Below, piece by piece: positions 24,886 through 37,790 of a stretch of DNA of 64,000 bases (positions are counted from its first letter, which is position 1; each line of letters begins with the position of its first letter). Origin of the DNA: Octopus vulgaris. Its lineage: Eukaryota. Location: contig OX597815.1 in the NCBI GenBank assembly GCA_951406725.2, positions 139,686,001-139,750,000 of the forward strand, written 5' to 3'. The position numbers and the translations under genes were made by a program. The notes beneath the pieces are model-generated. The model made no database searches and was not told the DNA's origin. It saw only the letters and a list, made by a program, of their open reading frames with translations.

Positions 24886-27424
24886 ATTAAAACTATGGTT
24901 GAAAATTAAAAACCCTTCAATAATAAACATTTTTATTGTTCAGTATTGTATAAATTATGAAAAATGTTTTATATTTAAAACAAACATACTAATTTTGCTG
25001 TCTGGGAGGAGGAAAAACCTCTAAAATATTATTATTTTGAAGCAGCAAAGTAAATTAATGGAATGGGTTTAGAATTAAAGAAAATAATTTTGAGAATTAG
25101 CATAAAATACAAGGTGTAAATCTGAAACTATAATTTGATTTATAAATACGCTTCAACATTCCTATTCAACATTTTATTTTTGTCAGTGTTTTTTGAATTC
25201 TATCAATGTGATGTAGGATGAAATAGCACAATAGTGATACATAAGTTTTCATTACAAAACACTGAAAATGACCAACATTCTGTAAAAACACTAAATATAT
25301 TTCGAAGCCATTGCTGTGATAAGCTATAGATATAATTAAAACAATTAGTGACACAAAAAAAAAAAAACATTTAAGCTGTTGACAAGTCAGCTTGAGGATC
25401 TTGCAGTTGTTATTGTATTGCACACAACATACTTTCAAAAGGAAAGCACATACCTCTGTATTAATGTATTTGCAACATTTCAAATATTTTAAACTTTATT
25501 ATCACATTACTGTTTTACTATTTGAATTAGTTGCCCAGGACTAAATTTATAATATGATAGAGTGCATTAAGTGTTATGTTGAGATGCGACAATATTGTAG
25601 GTTTCCTACCAATAAAAAACATTTTGCTTTAAAATAAAGTTTGTTGTACTAAATCTCATGAGGGAAGGATTAACCAAATTACTCCTATAATAAAGGGAAA
25701 TTTACTATAATGAGTTGGAAGAAAATCTAGAATAATGCTTAATCCCATTAGTAGCTCTTTATCACCATGATTGTTTAACATCTAGAAAACTTGGACATTT
25801 TCAAAGTGATTGATGTACCTAGCTTGAAAATATTACCAGAAATATATACAAATATGAATTATTATTATCCGAACAGATTTATCATGAATCGAAATGGCAG
25901 AAAAAGCATACAGAGGGTGTGTAAAGACATGAAAGCTTTCTGGAATGCCAAGATAAGGTCATTGTAAGGTATAGATAATTATCAATATAGCTGGATGTTA
26001 TTTATGCATAAAATGCATCCATATTTAGAAAACTAAGATTGTATTAAACTGAACTCAACAGATGTCTTACATACGGACTCCTGTTTTAAGGTTAAAATAA
26101 AGCTAGATACTGCGAACAAATATAAGAGCAGTAGGAAAAGTTATTGAGTGTTCTATACCGAGTGGACATTAACTGAATTGAGAGACAAGTTTCAAAGGAA
26201 ATGGGGTGGGGAGTGGGGGTTGAGAGAGATAAGAGAATTCAGCAACAGACCATAAATAAGTTTTCTTAATTCAATGACAGACATATTTGGCTTTAACAAT
26301 AAAATAAATATTAAAAGTAGTTATGTCACTATGGAAGAAGAATAAAATAATTGTAAATTAACAAATTGTGAGAATATCGAAGTTTGAAATTAACAGTACA
26401 ATAACCATAAGAAGAAAAAAAAAATCAAATGTGCTTTGGTCATATAAAAAAACTTAATGAAGAATGACTTCACCAAACCCAATCACCAAAATTGCACAAT
26501 TTGAATAAATAGATTTATAATTTTGTATTAGTGTGTCTTGGCCTACATTTTGCTGCAACTAACCTATTTCTGTAGAAGATAGTAAAATGGTTTACATCAC
26601 CATCATCTCAATTATGAAAGAAATCTAAGAGATACTAGCCAGTATACTTAATTCTTTGAGCCAAGAGAACTTAGCTAAAGAAAGCATCTTTAAATTTACA
26701 TCAGATGAGCCAAAACTGATATGTCCAAAAATACATTAAACTGTATAAAGAAGGGATTTGTTAAAATATGTACTTATAGCTAATCTGAATATAGCTTTAA
26801 ACAGCTAATTCACAGTTATCAGAACTAAACTATATCTACACTGGATGAAAATCTTAAATGAGGAATCCACTTAAAGCTAATCAGCTTCCGAAATTTCCAA
26901 TTCAACTTCTAGGAACAAATATAATGAAACTGAAACAAGTATAATGAACTACTGAAAGTGTTAGAAAATGTTTAATAAACTTAAAATGACTACCAAAAGC
27001 AAGCTGTTTTCTGGATTTCAAAATTCAAAACAATTTTTCTTCACTACCATCCCACAAAGTTTACATCAAATATGAACAAAGAATGTCGAAGATGACAAAA
27101 ACAAAAAAAAAAGACAAAATAACCTTCAAAATGTTGACCCTCAAAAGAAGAAAAAAAAAAATCATATGTAAGTTAACAAGTTGTTTTGTTAAAGAGATAT
27201 GGGGAGTGTATGTAAATTTCAGAATTTGATCTAAAAATAATGAATTTTGTAGCAGCAGATGGTTGTTTGCCTGACCATTTGTCTATGTTGTGGACATTTA
27301 TATTCTGAATGTACTTCACACATGTGTATGTATGCATGCATACACACACATATATACTTAATAACAGATCACAAATTAAAAGAATATAAAAGACTTACTC
27401 ACCGGTTTAAAAGGATATTCTACA

Positions 27425-27552
27425 TTAGTATGGTTTGCTATCATTTTTTGGCCTCTTCAACTGCACTTTCAGTCGTTTCATGCCAATCTGAAATCCATTC
27501 ATGGCTTGGATTGCTGCCTGTGCTGACAAAGGATTGTCAAAACTCACAAAAC
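27425..27552 (-). CDS. CELF2: CELF1/2 last coding exon, RRM3 C-half: (G)[41 protein letters not shown]
   Basis: ttgaacag| acceptor; stop TAA at 27427-27425; [18 protein letters not shown]-terminus typical of CELF1/2. The exon extends to the donor at 27403. Confidence 0.97.
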
Positions 27553-28943
27553 CTGTTCAAAAATGGACAAGTATTGTCTCAACTATCCACTCAAAGTAAA
27601 GAGTGTAGCCACTAAAGCAGTTATTCCATTATAATTTTTTTTTTTTTTGTCACTATGTAAATAAATAAATAAATAATTAAATAAATAAAAGACATTGTCT
27701 CATAACCATTTTACCATAGATATGCAAAGGAGATCATCTTGGAAATTGACTAAACAGATGGTATCTGTGGACTAGTGGCACATGTATGTGTATGCGTGTG
27801 TACCATTGCATATAAACAAAGTAGCCTGACTGATTGTTATTTGGGGGAGTTGTAATTTAGTTATTATACTTCTGTTCAAGTCTTCCATACTGGACCTACA
27901 TAAACATGCATATTTTCATTAATGGATATGACAATTTACCTAGCACTGGTGGCAATGTATTATGTTTACAAAACATTGCCACTTTCAGTTCAAATCCTGT
28001 CAAAGGCATTGCAGCTAGACATTGGATGAGACATTATTTGCCTGAGGATTCTTGATCCCTTTTATTAATAATGGAATCACCATCGATGATAGCATTATTA
28101 ACGATATCCACTTGTAAAAGGCAACAATTCTATTTAATGATGCAAACATTTAAAATTCAGAACTGTCCAATGCACTTTGACAACAAAAATGTATCTGTTG
28201 TATATTCAAATCCAAAGATAATTTCCCAGACAAAACAAAAAGATATAGTGGTAAAAAATGCAATAATTTGCAAGGGACACTGAGTAGAATATCTACGAAA
28301 CGAAGATCCAGTTTGTAAACTGATAACGGAGTCAAAATACACACCGACACAGCTGGTACTTAAAACATCATTGAATAGAATTTATAAAAACTGAAAAATG
28401 AGGACATAAAACATGTCTGAACTTAGCCATTGTAGGATCAAATGCTCTACACCTAAGATTCAATTGTCAATTTGACAATCTGAGACACCAGTATATCTGA
28501 TCAATAAAAAGAGAATAACAGACACCATATTGAAAATGATTTTGTCCAAAATCATTTCAGAGAAAGGGCTAACAAATAAAATTAAAATAAGGGAATTAAA
28601 AATTTGTCATTTTTTTTAATGCACAGACTTTTCACAAACAATATATAGAATATCTATATCTATATATATATACATAAATATATATATATATATACAGATA
28701 GATATGTAGGTAGCCAGATTCCTTCAATTTTCCTTAAGTTTCATCAGAATATGATTTGTGCAATTTTTTACATTAATTTATTAAGATTTCATCATTTTTT
28801 TTAAAAATTTGTTTTTCAAATGTTTTCATCAATCTGTTAGATGAATTAATATTTTTACAAGATAGTGTTTCTGATAAAAACATTGAGAAAATATGGTAGT
28901 CATAAGGAAGAGTAAAAGAAAACGGCACCTATTCAATACATAC

Positions 28944-29087
28944 CAAAGCACTTGCTAAGATTTGTTTGTTTATCAATGAAGACTTTGGCTGAAACAACAT
29001 TTCCAAATGGAATAAAAGTCTGCATGAGGTCTTGATCACTGAACTCTTGTGGTAAATGATATATAAATAAGTTGGCGCCGTCTGGAC
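28944..29087 (-). CDS. CELF2: CELF1/2 exon, RRM3 N-half: (G)[47 protein letters not shown]
   Basis: 144 nt, attgcag| to TTG|gtatgt; diagnostic CELF RRM3 sequence (not shown in this frame in the ORF track). Confidence 0.97.
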
Positions 29088-29879
29088 CTGCAATAACAGG
29101 CAAGAATCACATACAAACAAGCAGTTGTACTTTGAATGGGACCATTTGTGAATCAACACCGTTATCTCAATAATACTAAATGGAAGTAGTCAAATATGAA
29201 AGGAATAGAACAATGAATCTCAAAACAAACTGCCAATATAGACTTGGACATTTAACAACCATCAAGATAACAAACAGCTTATTCCGCATAAATTACGAAC
29301 TAGAAGAAAAATAGCATTTAAGTAGTTTAATAATTTTTTCTCCACTATTTGAGATGTGATTTAATTTAAATATATAGCATTATATATTTATTTACAGTTG
29401 AAGGGAGTTAAATAGCTGTGTCATGTATTGTTAGAGCCAATGTCTTACAATTACACACCCACTCAAACTAACCAATGCCTTGCCTTAAGACAGGATTTGA
29501 ACTCTGTATTATAATAATTCCCCTATGATATTAATCTTATACTTCATGCAACATTTCACCAGTTTATTCAAATGTCTAGATGTATTTTGTGTTTACTTCT
29601 TGATGCATTTATCAACATTAAAATATAAATCATTGGAAGCAAAAATTAACAAAAGAAAAAAAAACAACAATAATAAGAATATACAACAGACAGTAATCTG
29701 CTGAGTGTTGTGGACAGTAAACATTTGAATAATGGCAATCTGAATTTCTATTGGCTTAAAGCAAATAGAATGTTATAAAGTCATATAAAAAGGTAAATCT
29801 TGGTGTTTCACAAGTTAAAAATACATTTAATATGATATAAAAAAAAAAAAGAGATTGCTCTCTATAAGGGAGTATTTAC

Positions 29880-29966
29880 CTTCGGTTTGTTTCCCAGCAG
29901 CAGAATTGGCTGCAGCCTGTTGGAGCTGCTGAGCTGATTGGCTATTGAATGCATTTGGAAAGGAGG
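29880..29966 (-). CDS. CELF2: CELF1/2 exon, end of linker: (A)SFPNAFNSQSAQQLQQAAANSAAGKQTE
   Basis: 87 nt, tctctttag| to AAG|gtaaat; AAGKQTEG precedes RRM3 as in CELF/Bruno. Confidence 0.93.
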
Positions 29967-30584
29967 CTAAAGAGAAAAAGAAACAAGTGTCAACAATTGA
30001 AATATTAATCAGAATAGAGAGAATAAGAACACATAAATCCAAACACAGTGAAGCCAATAACAAAAGCTATGTGAGAAACCAAAGATTTAGTCTCTTCATA
30101 AGAAGACCAAATATTTGGTTTTTTTTTTCTTTTTCAAGAATAGCTACTCTTAAGATGAGTATTTGGAGAATTGAATGAGAATAGATAACATTCAGTCTGG
30201 AGTGAAGAAATACCCAACCACTGGGAATTGATCCCTCACTACTGAATCTTTTTTACATCATTTAAGGGCAGCCATCACAGTAAGTTTATACTGAAATATA
30301 TATAATTTATATTTCAATAGAATCTAATGAAGATAATAAAAAATATTTACAAAATCAAAACAAATTTGTGGGACAAAAAAAATGTGATTTTTAATAGTAA
30401 TTTTTTCATGACCATTTTCTACTTTTTCAAAAGGTGATCATTCTCTGTCAAAAAAAAAAACCCATTTGGCTATGGTGAAAACAAGAAAACTATGATACAG
30501 AGCTCTTAAAAGTTTAAGTGCACTTTCAGTGATTATTCACAGGCATTTTTTTTTTTTTTTTTTTTTGGTTAATAAAATAAGTGT

Positions 30585-30770
30585 ATGAAATTTAGGCACA
30601 AGGCCAATAATTTTAAGGAGAGAGAGTAAATCAATACCATCAATCCAAGTACCCTAGAAGTACGAAAGGCAACTTTAGCCTCGGTTGTATTTGAAATCAG
30701 AATGCAAAGAGCTCAAAAAATACCACAAGGCATTTCATCCAATGCTCTGATTCTGCCAAAGTACTGCCCT
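30585..30770 (-). mobile_element. Degenerate SINE (family B)
   Basis: Partial similarity (aaatttaggcacaaggcc...gaaaggcaac...ctgattctgcca) to the other copies. Confidence 0.55.
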
Positions 30771-30839
30771 GATGATGATGATAATCATATAATAATAATG
30801 ATAATAATAATAATAATGATAATAATAATAATAATGATG

Positions 30840-30879
<40 letters not shown>

Positions 30880-30923
30880 TAATAATAATGATAATAATAA
30901 TAATAATGATAATGATAATAATA
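30771..30923. repeat. (TAA)n/(TGA) trinucleotide microsatellite
   Basis: Directly visible; source of the poly-I and poly-L ORFs. Confidence 0.95.
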
Positions 30924-31639
30924 AAAATAACATTATTACATCAATAGAAATATTTATTTAGCAATTACGCTATTTTTAAAAAGTGGTTTCCGAAATTACT
31001 GTGCTGAATAGAAATATGAATTCTAAAAGAAAATTGAAATTCTGTAAGATTGTTTGTTTCAAGTGATAAAAATAACTGTAGAAACTAACATTTAAAGAAA
31101 TACTAAAATACTATAAAACATTCAGTCAGACTTTCAGTTCAAAATTGGCAATGATTAAAGCATCTACTGTAAAGCAACACTCCACCAAGCATGAAGGAAA
31201 AATATATTTATATCAAGATAGGAAATGTTTAGCAAAAGCGACAAATAGAGCATGTCAAAAATGAGAAAAACTGATTATTTTCTAACAGTCTAAGCTAGAA
31301 GTGTTTATCTTTCTAGTAGACTGTAATGTCTGTGCAAAGAAGAGCTATATTCACAGCCTGTGTAAACAACTTCACAATTAGAAAGGTCAAGTGAATGAGA
31401 AGACAGGAGTTCCTGAAATGTTATGTTTAAAACAAGCTAAAGTTTCCCACTGAAAATGTATCAATATCAGTATAAGGCCATAATCAGACTTTCAATAGAT
31501 TTTCATAGAGAATTAAATCACTAAAACTAATTCACTGCTGGCTAGAGTTTCCCATTAAATACTTTTTCATTTCCAGAATCACTGGCTTCTGTTTCCTCCA
31601 CCTGCTGTTGCTGGTTTTATAGAAATATTGATTTCTTAC

Positions 31640-31815
31640 ATAGGCCTCACATTTAGCAGGGAGTAGTCAATTATATGGGCACTCACTACTCAACTGGTAT
31701 TTTACTTTATTGAACCTGGCAGGATAAAAGGTAAAGTTGACCATGGTGGGATTTTCAAGTCAGAAAGTAGAATAAAGTAAGACATTTTGTTTAACCTTCT
31801 AACAACTCAGCCAGT
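31640..31815 (-). mobile_element. Degenerate SINE (family B)
   Basis: caactggtattt...ggataaaaggtaaagttgacc resembles the family core. Confidence 0.5.
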
Positions 31816-32759
31816 CCAAACTATTTCACACCGAAATGAAGTTTTCTCACAAGTATGAGAGAAAATAATCCACTTTAAGTAGCACTAGGTTATCTTTACA
31901 ATCCAGTACTGATAATGGTACCAAAATACAATGAGAAGAAAAACCAACTATTCATTTTCAATTAATCAAAAATATTACAAATCAAAATTAAAAATTTATG
32001 AGATCAATTTGCACAAAACAAAATTTAGTACATTCAATGTTATAATTCAATGGTTCCCCTTATTTGTACTACATTAAAAGTAACTAGTTAAAGACCGTTT
32101 TCTAAATTACTGTACTGAGATCAACTGTAAAGTCAAAAGGACAATTTAGGATAGTCAATCAAATAGCAGTATCACCAACTGCTACAAAGGCAAAAAGATG
32201 CAACTAAAGGAATCAGACTAATGGACCAAGATATGACAGCAGCAGTTATAAACCTACATCGGAAAAGAATAAGCTTCCTGGTGAGAAATTTTTATAGTAA
32301 GCCACTATACCTAAATAAAAAGTAAGTTTAAGTATCACACTATTTAAAATAGAAGTGAAGAGTTTGCAAGTGTCATGTAATCTATGTTAAGAGTTGGCAA
32401 CAGCAAGCTGAGGGTTAGCAATCAGTTCAGTAGGGACTCTAGGGTGCAACAAGTGTCTATAATGGCTCAGTTCTCCGACCCTACTTTTAGAGTTCTCAAA
32501 GAGCTTAAAAGCAGTTATCCATGAGGTTCCTGTGTGCCAAAGACCTAGTTCGCATATCTCACTCTCTTGAAGAATCAGAAAAGAAATTCAAAACAATGAA
32601 GAAAAGCTTGGTTAGAATTAAGAAGCTTCAAAGAAAACCTAGTTAGCGAAGATGACTCAACTTTGTTGCCTTAAGGGGAGTGGCCTTGTTCAATATGTAG
32701 AAGCATGTACCAGGTGTAAATTATGAATGCACAAGTGATGCAGAGAGATCATAAACAGT

Positions 32760-33375
32760 AAAAGAAAAACAAAACTCAGAATGAAGTAATTAGCTGGAAG
32801 AGCACCCATAAAATGTATTCAAAATATCAAAAGTTCCTTCTAGAAGGAGTTGATAGTTTCTGCTACCTCAGTAACCTTAATAAGCAGTGGAAGCGGGTAT
32901 GCTGAAAGTATAATACCAATAAGAAAGAAGTAGGGTGAAGTTTATGATGCTAATAGCTCTGCTAGGAACAAAAAAATTCTCTTGAGTGAAGGGCAGGTTT
33001 TATATATTGCTTGTATATGAATAAGAATGCTGTATGATAGTGATAGCAAAACATAGGTAAAGGACATATGAATAATATGAGATAAGCATGCTTAGTTGAA
33101 TGTTCGATTTCAATGTGCATGAATGACAGAACAAATGAACTGAGAGAAAAACTCGATACAAGAAGAATCAGATGTAGCATGCAAGAGAAAAGATTGTACT
33201 GGTACTGACATGTGATGCATACTGGAGTGACAGTTGTATCAGCAATCAGAATGGAAGGAACCCACAGAAGAAGACCCAAAAAAAAAAAAAAAAAAAAAAC
33301 TGATCTCTGGAAGTTGAAACTCACAAAGATCCATCTAAACCATGCAGGCATGGGAAAAAGATATAAAATGATAAA
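32760..33375 (+). mobile_element. Degenerate RTE-clade LINE 3' fragment
   Basis: Relic peptides LEGVDSFCYL.., VKGR.Y.AC, EKRLYWY*HV (cf. RRLRWYGHV); tail ccatgcaggcatggg..aaatgat shared with the 36961 SINE. Confidence 0.65.
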
Positions 33376-33950
33376 GAATATTTGAGTATACATATGTAAG
33401 TACACATTATGGAATTGTGTTGGGGCAGACACAAGGACACGGACACACATATACTTGAATCATATGCTACAAAGAACTTTATGGCAAAACTCAACCAAAC
33501 TACCTTTACTGAAATTACAATTATAAATTCCAAGACAACAGACTAAAAAATGGTGATTAGGCAACACAGGTTACAATAAAGTGTCTACTTTAAGCTATCT
33601 GACAATTACATGTTTGTGAACCAAAACAATGACAGTAATACAAAACAGAGAGTGTTTGGGGAAACATTGTAACATGACTTGGTGGTAGTGAGATTACAGC
33701 TATTAAAAAAGGTGAAGACAAGTATTGGTGGACAATATGACCTCTGGGCACCACCAAAAGAAGAACATAATAATGTGTGACAAAGAGGAGTAGAAATTCT
33801 CTATTATGCACTGGATGAAGGTCTTTAAAGAATGTGGGGTTAGGTTAATGTGAACTGAAAGTTTGATGACCATACCAAAGCCTCACATGACTACACACAA
33901 ACAGAGTCACACCTGGAAAAACTAGAATAGAACATGAAACAAACCTTTAC

Positions 33951-34172
33951 CTGGAGGGAGCAAACCTGACAAACCTGCGTATTGCTGTATCCCCGAATAT
34001 GCTTGGCTAAGAGCATCAATACCTGTTGGGTTGGTATTGGAGCCAATGCCATTCATGTTGCTTGTTACACTTGAGGTCAAATTAGAGAGGTTTGTTAAGG
34101 AATTGTTCCCTAGATTTTGCATTCCAGTGAGGCCACTTAGTGAGTTGGAGGAGGTTGTACCAGTTATAGTAC
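33951..34172 (-). CDS. CELF2: CELF1/2 linker exon: (G)TITGTTSSNSLSGLTGMQNLGNNSLTNLSNLTSSVTSNMNGIGSNTNPTGIDALSQAYSGIQQYAGLSGLLPP
   Basis: 222 nt, atttgtag| to CAG|gtaaag; conserved DALSQAYSGIQQYA motif; alternative in-frame donor at 33975 (CAG|gtttgt). Confidence 0.93.
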
Positions 34173-36699
34173 CTACAAATCGGAAAAAGGTTGTTTGTAT
34201 AAAAAGAGGTGAGACAAATAAACCCTAAAATGCCAGGTAATCATTACACTGACATCAAATACATTCAAATCAATTTAAAAGCATTCATACAACAGAAGAT
34301 AAACAGATGTATTGCTAATCCTGATACAACCATTCAATGGTCAAAACAAGAATACCTAGCATGAAAAGATGTGACATGAGGGAAGAGGTGTATGGTTAAG
34401 ATGCTGAATTTTTCATATTTGAGAAATTTCATAACACATTTCAATAGGTGAGTCATTTAAACAGGAAATAGTTTGAAAGAAAGAGGAGAAAGAATTGACA
34501 CAAAAATGTCAAATTAAATCTGCTAGCAGTGATAGCCAGCAAAAGAGGCATGATAGAAATCAGAGAAAATGGAGAAGCTAACAGGAATAATTAATGCTTC
34601 TGATTGTTTCATAGAGGTTTTCAAGGTAAACAAGATAATTCTTTCGAACATCTCCTCATCAATCAGCCTTTGTATTTTAATAGGAGTTTATGTTTTACCT
34701 TAATTCTTTAATAGCAAGTAGTATCCTCCGCTGTGTTTATTTTAAAATCTTGTATTAAATGATTACTTTCATGTCAAACATTTAGCAGAAACTAAAAGAC
34801 AATTAGTCCAAAGGAAATTATACCTTAATCAGAGTTTGTTAAATGCTTCATAAGGTAACACTGAATAAAGCAATGTATTTGCTGATTGGCTGATTTCTTT
34901 TAGCACATTCAGAAAAAATGTCAACACATAGAGTGGGAACTCCTCCTAGATATTGGTTTCATCCTAGTATTTCATTCATACAATATTATCTATTTAATTG
35001 CATACATTTTCTATCAAGGTAAAGATGTAACACAGGCTGAGGTAGCACTTTTACTTGTAGAGAGTGGTCACATTCAAAGAAACTATAGAGGATAAATACA
35101 GCAATAAGAATGAAGAAATGGAAGCTTCAAATATTTCAACACCAGAATTAGTAAGAATGAGTAAAGTAGAAAACACTTTTAGTATGTTAACTAGTTACAA
35201 AATATGCCAACTACATATAAGTATTAGTGAATGTAGTTAATGAGTTCAAATGAAAGCTGTATGAAAATAGCAGGGAATAAATCTTAATTCTATTTATATA
35301 TTTTTATAATCTTAAAAGTAAAACAATATATTGAAAAAGTGAATCGACTTAAGTAGAGCTGGAACTACTAAAGACAATCAGTCAAAAGACAAACAGCAGC
35401 ACCTTCCTTTGAGACAAGGAATTAAGGTAAAGTTGAAGTAAATATGTAAAACAATGTAATATGGATAGAATACAATGAATTGAAAAGGGTTGTGTATAAA
35501 ATTTAAATAATTATTGGCTAATGGATTATTGCCACAATCAGAAACACAAAAAATTTGGTGAAAACATTAGAGAGAAATTAACAAACATATTGTAGAATTA
35601 TTATATGTGAGGGACATTTGGCTAGCACAAGCAATTTACACAAATAAAACATGTACTTCAATATTTGATAAATACAAATGCAGTAATTAGAAAGTGAAGA
35701 TGGCTAGAAAAGTTCAACCTCGTGTATTGTAGCTTGAAAAAAACACAATGAATATAAAACAGCAACAACATGGACAACAAACATTGTAACATGACTATAA
35801 AAACCAAATAGTTAACAAGAAAATAAATCAAACCAGACAGAAGTCATAGCAACAACAGCAAAGTGGATGTCTGATAAGACCAATAATGAGAATAATTTAA
35901 TAAATATGCTTTGAGCCAATAGTATTGCTATAAACTAAATTTGATTGAATTTGGTTGAGATAAAATAACAAGCCAGCCATTGTATTGTCTAGCACTATAC
36001 AATGCCTACAGCATGCAATCCTGAAAAATACATACAGAAAGGAAATATGCAAAAATCAATAACCTCAATTTCAAACAAGTAGCAGAAATTTATGTTGAAA
36101 AAACAGTTAAAGACATAAAGGGTGAGAAATGTTAATAGATAAACTAGAACAGCTTTTCGGGGCTGGCAGTATTCTGGTTTTGCTAGGGATTCAATTTCTC
36201 ATGATTCTTCTTACATAGGACACAATTTGATTTTATGTATATTATATTGACAAAATACCTATTCTATATTCATGCTACTTTTTTTTTTCCATTTTCACTC
36301 ATTATCTTGGAAGAATACAATCAGTTTATATATGTGTGTGTGTGTGTGTGTACTTTTACATTATATTAGACTGAAATCAAATTGATTACTCAAAAATGGT
36401 ATTTATACAAAGAGATGGTGTGAAGTGATATTAAACAAGTTGTTGACAGATGACAATGAAGATAGTCAGTGAAGGCAGTACATTGATAACAAAATATCAT
36501 GGAGTTGTTAGGTGTGTCAAAGATAAAATAGATAACAAACAATTAGAATACATAAACCTTGTTAAAGAGAAAACCAATACATTAAAGCCCATGATGTTTA
36601 GTCAGGATTACCAATATCCTGTGGCCTTTTATTTAATAAAAGAGCTAATTCAGTTATCAAAGCTAGCCAGTAGTATAACATTACACTATCAAAGACAGT

Positions 36700-36955
36700 A
36701 GCAGTAATGCCATCATATCTATTTCTCCATTTTGTACAACACACAACAGTTAAAAACATAAGCAGTAATGAAATCAATCTGTCTCTCCATTTTTGTAAAA
36801 CACACTATTGTTAAAGACATGAGTAGCAACACATCTATCTTTTGTACAACACTATTAAAGATATTGGCAGCAATGACACATCTCCATTTTGTATAACACA
36901 CAACTGTTAAAAGTATTAGCAGTGAAGTCATCTATATCTATGTTGGCAGTAAAGA
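36700..36955. repeat. ~55-60-nt degenerate tandem repeat interrupted by the SINE; resumes ~37430-37560
   Basis: ctccattttgtacaacacac..tgttaaa...agcagtaat units on both sides of the SINE. Confidence 0.65.
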
Positions 36956-36960
36956 TTGAA

Positions 36961-37430
36961 GACCTGTTGAGGCAAGTGAAATCGATGACTGGCATCCGTG
37001 CTAGTGGAGCGCTAAGAGCACCATCCGAGCATGATCGTTGCCAGAGTAGCTGAATGGCTTTCATGTTGGTGGCATGTAAAAAGCACCATTCGAGCATGGT
37101 CGTTACCAGCGTCGCCTTACTGACACGTGAAAAGACATTCGAGTGAGGTCGTTGCCAGTGCTGCTGGACTGGCTACTGTGCAGGTGGCACGTAAAAAGTA
37201 CCATTTGAGCGTGGCCATTGGTAGTACCTGTCTGACTGGCCCTTGTGCTGGTAGCACGTAAAAGCACCCGCTACACTCTTGGAGTGGTTGGCATTAGGAA
37301 GGGCATCCAGCTTCAGAAACTCTGCCAGATCAGATTGGAGCCTGGTGCAGCCATCTGGTTCGCCAGTCCTCAGTCAAATCGTCCAACTCATGCTAGTATG
37401 GAAAGCAGACGTTAAATGACGGTGATGATG
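36961..37430 (+). mobile_element. SINE with internal ~60-nt tandem subunits and RTE-like (GAT)n tail
   Basis: Repeated ggtggcacgtaaaaagcaccattcgagc units, gtggttggcattaggaagggcatccagc core, tail ccaactcatgctagtatggaaagcagacgttaaatgacggtgatgatg. Confidence 0.75.
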
Positions 37431-37769
37431 AATTTTGTATAACACACTACTTCATAAAATATATTAAAAAGCAACATAATCTATAGCAATTCTGTACAAC
37501 ATCTTACTGCTAAGTAACTACATCTCCATTTTTGTCATTTTAGTAAAAATACTTGGTATCATGCACATATTCATAGCAGATATGGATTTTACAGACAACA
37601 AATTGGAGTAGTGATACACTATATATAGCAAACTAGAGAAACACACACTTAACTAACATCAAACCAACAAAAAATAAGGTAAACAAAAAAAATCCAATGA
37701 AACTGATAGTTTAACATGAAAATACAGAGTAGGCCAAGGAGGGGAGAGAAAGGAATAAACTGTACTCAC

Positions 37770-37790
37770 GACAAAAGTTGAAGACAGGTT
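37770..37790 (-). CDS. Candidate 21-nt microexon: (E)PVFNFC(R)
   Basis: tttttctccattgttatcacag|AACCTGTCTTCAACTTTTGTC|gtgagt: pyrimidine tract, consensus GTGAGT donor, frame-preserving in phase 1. No transcript evidence. Confidence 0.5.

Larger units (their letters stand above)
17606..27402 (-). other. Probable intron within the CELF 3'UTR (~9.8 kb)
   Basis: Donor CCG|gtgagtaagt 22 nt after the stop. Best acceptor: ccctttgcttctcttctctgtag| at 17606. The pairing is inferred. Confidence 0.65.

Noticed and set aside
30697-30947. Poly-Leu and poly-Ile membrane-like ORFs (also 14686-14991)
   Set aside because: (TAA)n repeat artefacts
32962-33450. Longest ORF in the track (162 aa, - strand)
   Set aside because: Antisense to a decayed RTE LINE and includes poly-Phe from an A-run; no domain features
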